Part shown: positions 59,891 to 64,000 of the stretch, one piece after another
Layout of the letters: every line of letters starts with the position of its first letter
Position numbering within the stretch: position 1 is the first letter of the stretch
Origin: an uncultured Acidobacteriota bacterium
GTDB taxonomy: Bacteria; Acidobacteriota; Thermoanaerobaculia; Multivoradales; SZUA-115
Reading direction: 5' to 3'
Length of the DNA: 64,000 nt
Assembly: GCA_963805975.1 (NCBI GenBank)
Contig: CAWDVR010000004.1
Location: 224,001-288,000 of the forward strand
Notes under the pieces: generated by a model
Databases searched by the model: none
What the model saw: only the letters and a program-made list of their open reading frames with translations
Told to the model about the DNA's origin: nothing
Position numbers and translations under genes: made by a program

Positions 59891-61496
59891 CTATCTGCCC
59901 CCCACCATCGACCCCAACGCCAGCCCCGCGCCCATCAGGCCCTCGCCGCCGATGGCGCCGGCGGCCAGGAGGCGGCCGGTTTCCGCGGCGCCCTGGCGCT
60001 CGGCCCAGGCGCGGAGGAGGCCACCGAGGAAGAGCGGCAGGGAGAGCTCGATCGGTGCGTAGAGCCCGATGCCGAACGCGATCGGCAGGAGCCCCAAGCC
60101 GAGGGCGAGAGAGACCAGGGTGAGGAGGGCCCCGGCTGCGCCGCCCCAGGCCAGGGGGCCCGTGATCTCTCCTCCCTGGACGATCGCCGAGAGGGCCACG
60201 GCCTGCGGCGCCGGCAAGCTCCACCGAGCCGATGCCGTAGGCCCGGCGCAGGGCCTCGAGCACCACCCCCACCACCAGCGCCGAGGACACCACGGAGAGC
60301 ACCTGCGCCTTGATCTGGTCCGCGGGTGCGGTGCCCACCAGGGAGCCGGCCTTCAGGTCCTGGAGGAAGTCGCCGGCCATGCCGGCGGCGATCGCCAGGA
60401 GCGCGGCGAAGACCACCGCCTGCTTCGGCGGCAGGCGCACGAAGAAGAGGACGATCAAGAGCACGGCGATGGCGAAGATCTCCATCGGGTCGATGTTGAG
60501 CTCGCCGGCGATGCGCGCCGCGATGGTGGCCACCATGAAGGCGGCGGCCACTGCCACGACCGTGAGCCAGAGCGGGAGATCGAGGGCGAGCGCCGCGACC
60601 GCCACGCAGGCCGCGAGCGCCAGCGCGAGGCCACCCATCTGCCGGCGCGAGCTGCCCGCCAGCCGGCGCAGCATGGGTGCAAAGGACGGCAGGCCTTTGA
60701 GCAGGAAGTAGGCGAGGCTCGCGCCGACGATGACGCCGATCCCGAACGGCTGCGTGGCGCCCGCGACGGCGCCGGGCTTGTCCGCGAAGCGGCCCGCGGC
60801 GAGGAGCGCCGGCACGGCCACGAGGTAGGAGACCACAGCGCCCGCGAACCACACTCCGGTGAACTTCGGGCCGATGAGGAAGCCGCCGGCGAGCGGCACC
60901 AGGCTGATCCCCGAGCCCAAGGAGAACGAGCGCGCGGCGGGCAGGCCCAGGGTCTCCAGGTTGACGACCGAGGGCACCAGCCGGAAGCCGTCCCGCGCCG
61001 TGGCGAAGAGCCCGGCGAGGCCCGCGGCGGCGAGCACGGTCTTGATCTTCCGCCCACCCTCGTCCCCGGCCTCGATCACTCGCGCAGTAGCGGTGCCGTC
61101 CGGGTAGGGAAGCGCCAGGCGCTCGATCATCTCCTCGCGGAGCGGCACCGTGAAGGCGACGCCCAGGAGCCCGCCCACGAGGGCGATCGCCACCACCTCG
61201 GCCACGCTCAGGGGCACGCCGGCGAGCCATGCCGCCGGCACCGTGAAGAGCACGCCGGCGGCGAGCAGGCCCCCGGTGGAGGCGGCCGTGGCGGCGACGT
61301 TGACCTCCTGCCGGCTCGGTGCCCGGCCGAGGCGGAGCAGACCCATGGCCGCCAGCGTGGCAGTGATGATCGGCCAGTAGACGCCGCCCGCCTTCAAACC
61401 GGCATAGGTCGAGTACGTGGCCACCACCGCGGACAGCGCCACGCCCACCGCGGCGGTACGGAGGGTGAAGGCGGAGGGTGTCTCGCCGCGAGCCAT
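59891..61496 (-). CDS. OPT-family oligopeptide transporter (shorter paralog) with 1-nt frameshift near 60216
   Basis: Motifs YAGLKAG, LPYPDGTA and QDLKAG. GAG CTT GCC should read GAG CTG CCG, restoring ELPAPQA and joining ORF 59891..60217. Confidence 0.8.
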
Positions 61497-61557
61497 CGGC
61501 GTGTCTGCCCGTTTCGCGGTTCGAGCTCGTCAGGCCGGGGAGCCGGCCCGCGGCTCC

Positions 61558-63531
<1,974 letters not shown>

Positions 63532-63678
63532 CCTGTCTCCTCCCGGTCTCCTCCGGACGGCCCTTGAAATTCGGATCTCGATTAGCGGGGTGAGGCTAGC
63601 ACAAGGCCCCGGCGCGATCGGCTCACGCGGCCGGGCGCCGTGCTAGCGTCCCGACCTCTCGCCGGAAGGAGATTTTCG

Positions 63679-64000
63679 ATGCCTCGCAGACGCGCTTCTC
63701 GGGCCGTGGCCTGCTCCGTGGTCTCGCTGCTCTCGATCCTCTTCGTGGGCCTGTTTGTGGGGGAGCTGACTGCGGCCGAGCCGGCGGCAGACCTCGTGCT
63801 GCTCGAAGGGCGCATCTACACCCTGGATGCCGCCCGGAGCTGGGCCGAGGCCCTGGCGGTCCGGGGTGGTCGCATCGTCTACGTCGGACCCGACGCGGGC
63901 GCGGCACGCTTCGTCGGTGCCGAGACGCGGGTGCTCCGCCTGGGCGGCAAGATGGTGCTGCCCGGCTTCCACGACTCGCACGTCCACCTGGTCTCGGGCG
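63679..64000 (+). CDS. Secreted amidohydrolase-3 (YtcJ-like), truncated by window edge
   Basis: Hand translation gives a signal peptide, then ADLVLLEGRIYT...AEALAVRGGRIVYVG...LGGKMVLPGFHDSHVH (HxH). Confidence 0.88.
   Translation, partial: MPRRRASRAVACSVVSLLSILFVGLFVGELTAAEPAADLVLLEGRIYTLDAARSWAEALAVRGGRIVYVGPDAGAARFVGAETRVLRLGGKMVLPGFHDSHVHLVSG

Overview
This is a 64 kb high-GC bacterial chromosomal window, most likely Acidobacteriota (Thermoanaerobaculia-like). That inference rests on an acidobacterial-type VWA protein, a TIGR02999-type ECF/Ser-Thr kinase pair and a secreted protease with a characteristic tandem C-terminal domain. Housekeeping genes include tmk-holB, a split pntAA-pntAB-pntB transhydrogenase, moeA, pilT-pilC-pilS-pilR, ggt, an ABC exporter, two OPT transporters and DsbA. 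These are interleaved with envelope-modification genes (GT2, GT-C/YfhO-like membrane proteins, two sulfatase-like transferases, an M23 peptidase) and small accessory inserts (two vapBC-type TA pairs, hicAB plus a GH25 muramidase, a Fic protein, an MmeI-family type IIL restriction-modification gene). The best novelty candidates are: (1) a tightly coupled operon encoding an Asn-synthetase-like ligase lacking the N-terminal Cys, a RaSEA-like radical SAM enzyme and a flavin-dependent halogenase; (2) a Sec-exported 8-Cys mini-domain fused to an FrpC-type self-processing module with Cys-Pro in place of the catalytic Asp-Pro, behind a structured leader and next to an ECF/kinase pair; (3) a decayed duplicate of the OPT gene 3' region that marks how the RM gene was inserted. 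Three genes carry frameshifts, which may be assembly errors. No rRNA, tRNA, CRISPR array, integrase or transposase was recognised. All family calls come from motif recognition by eye, not from database searches.
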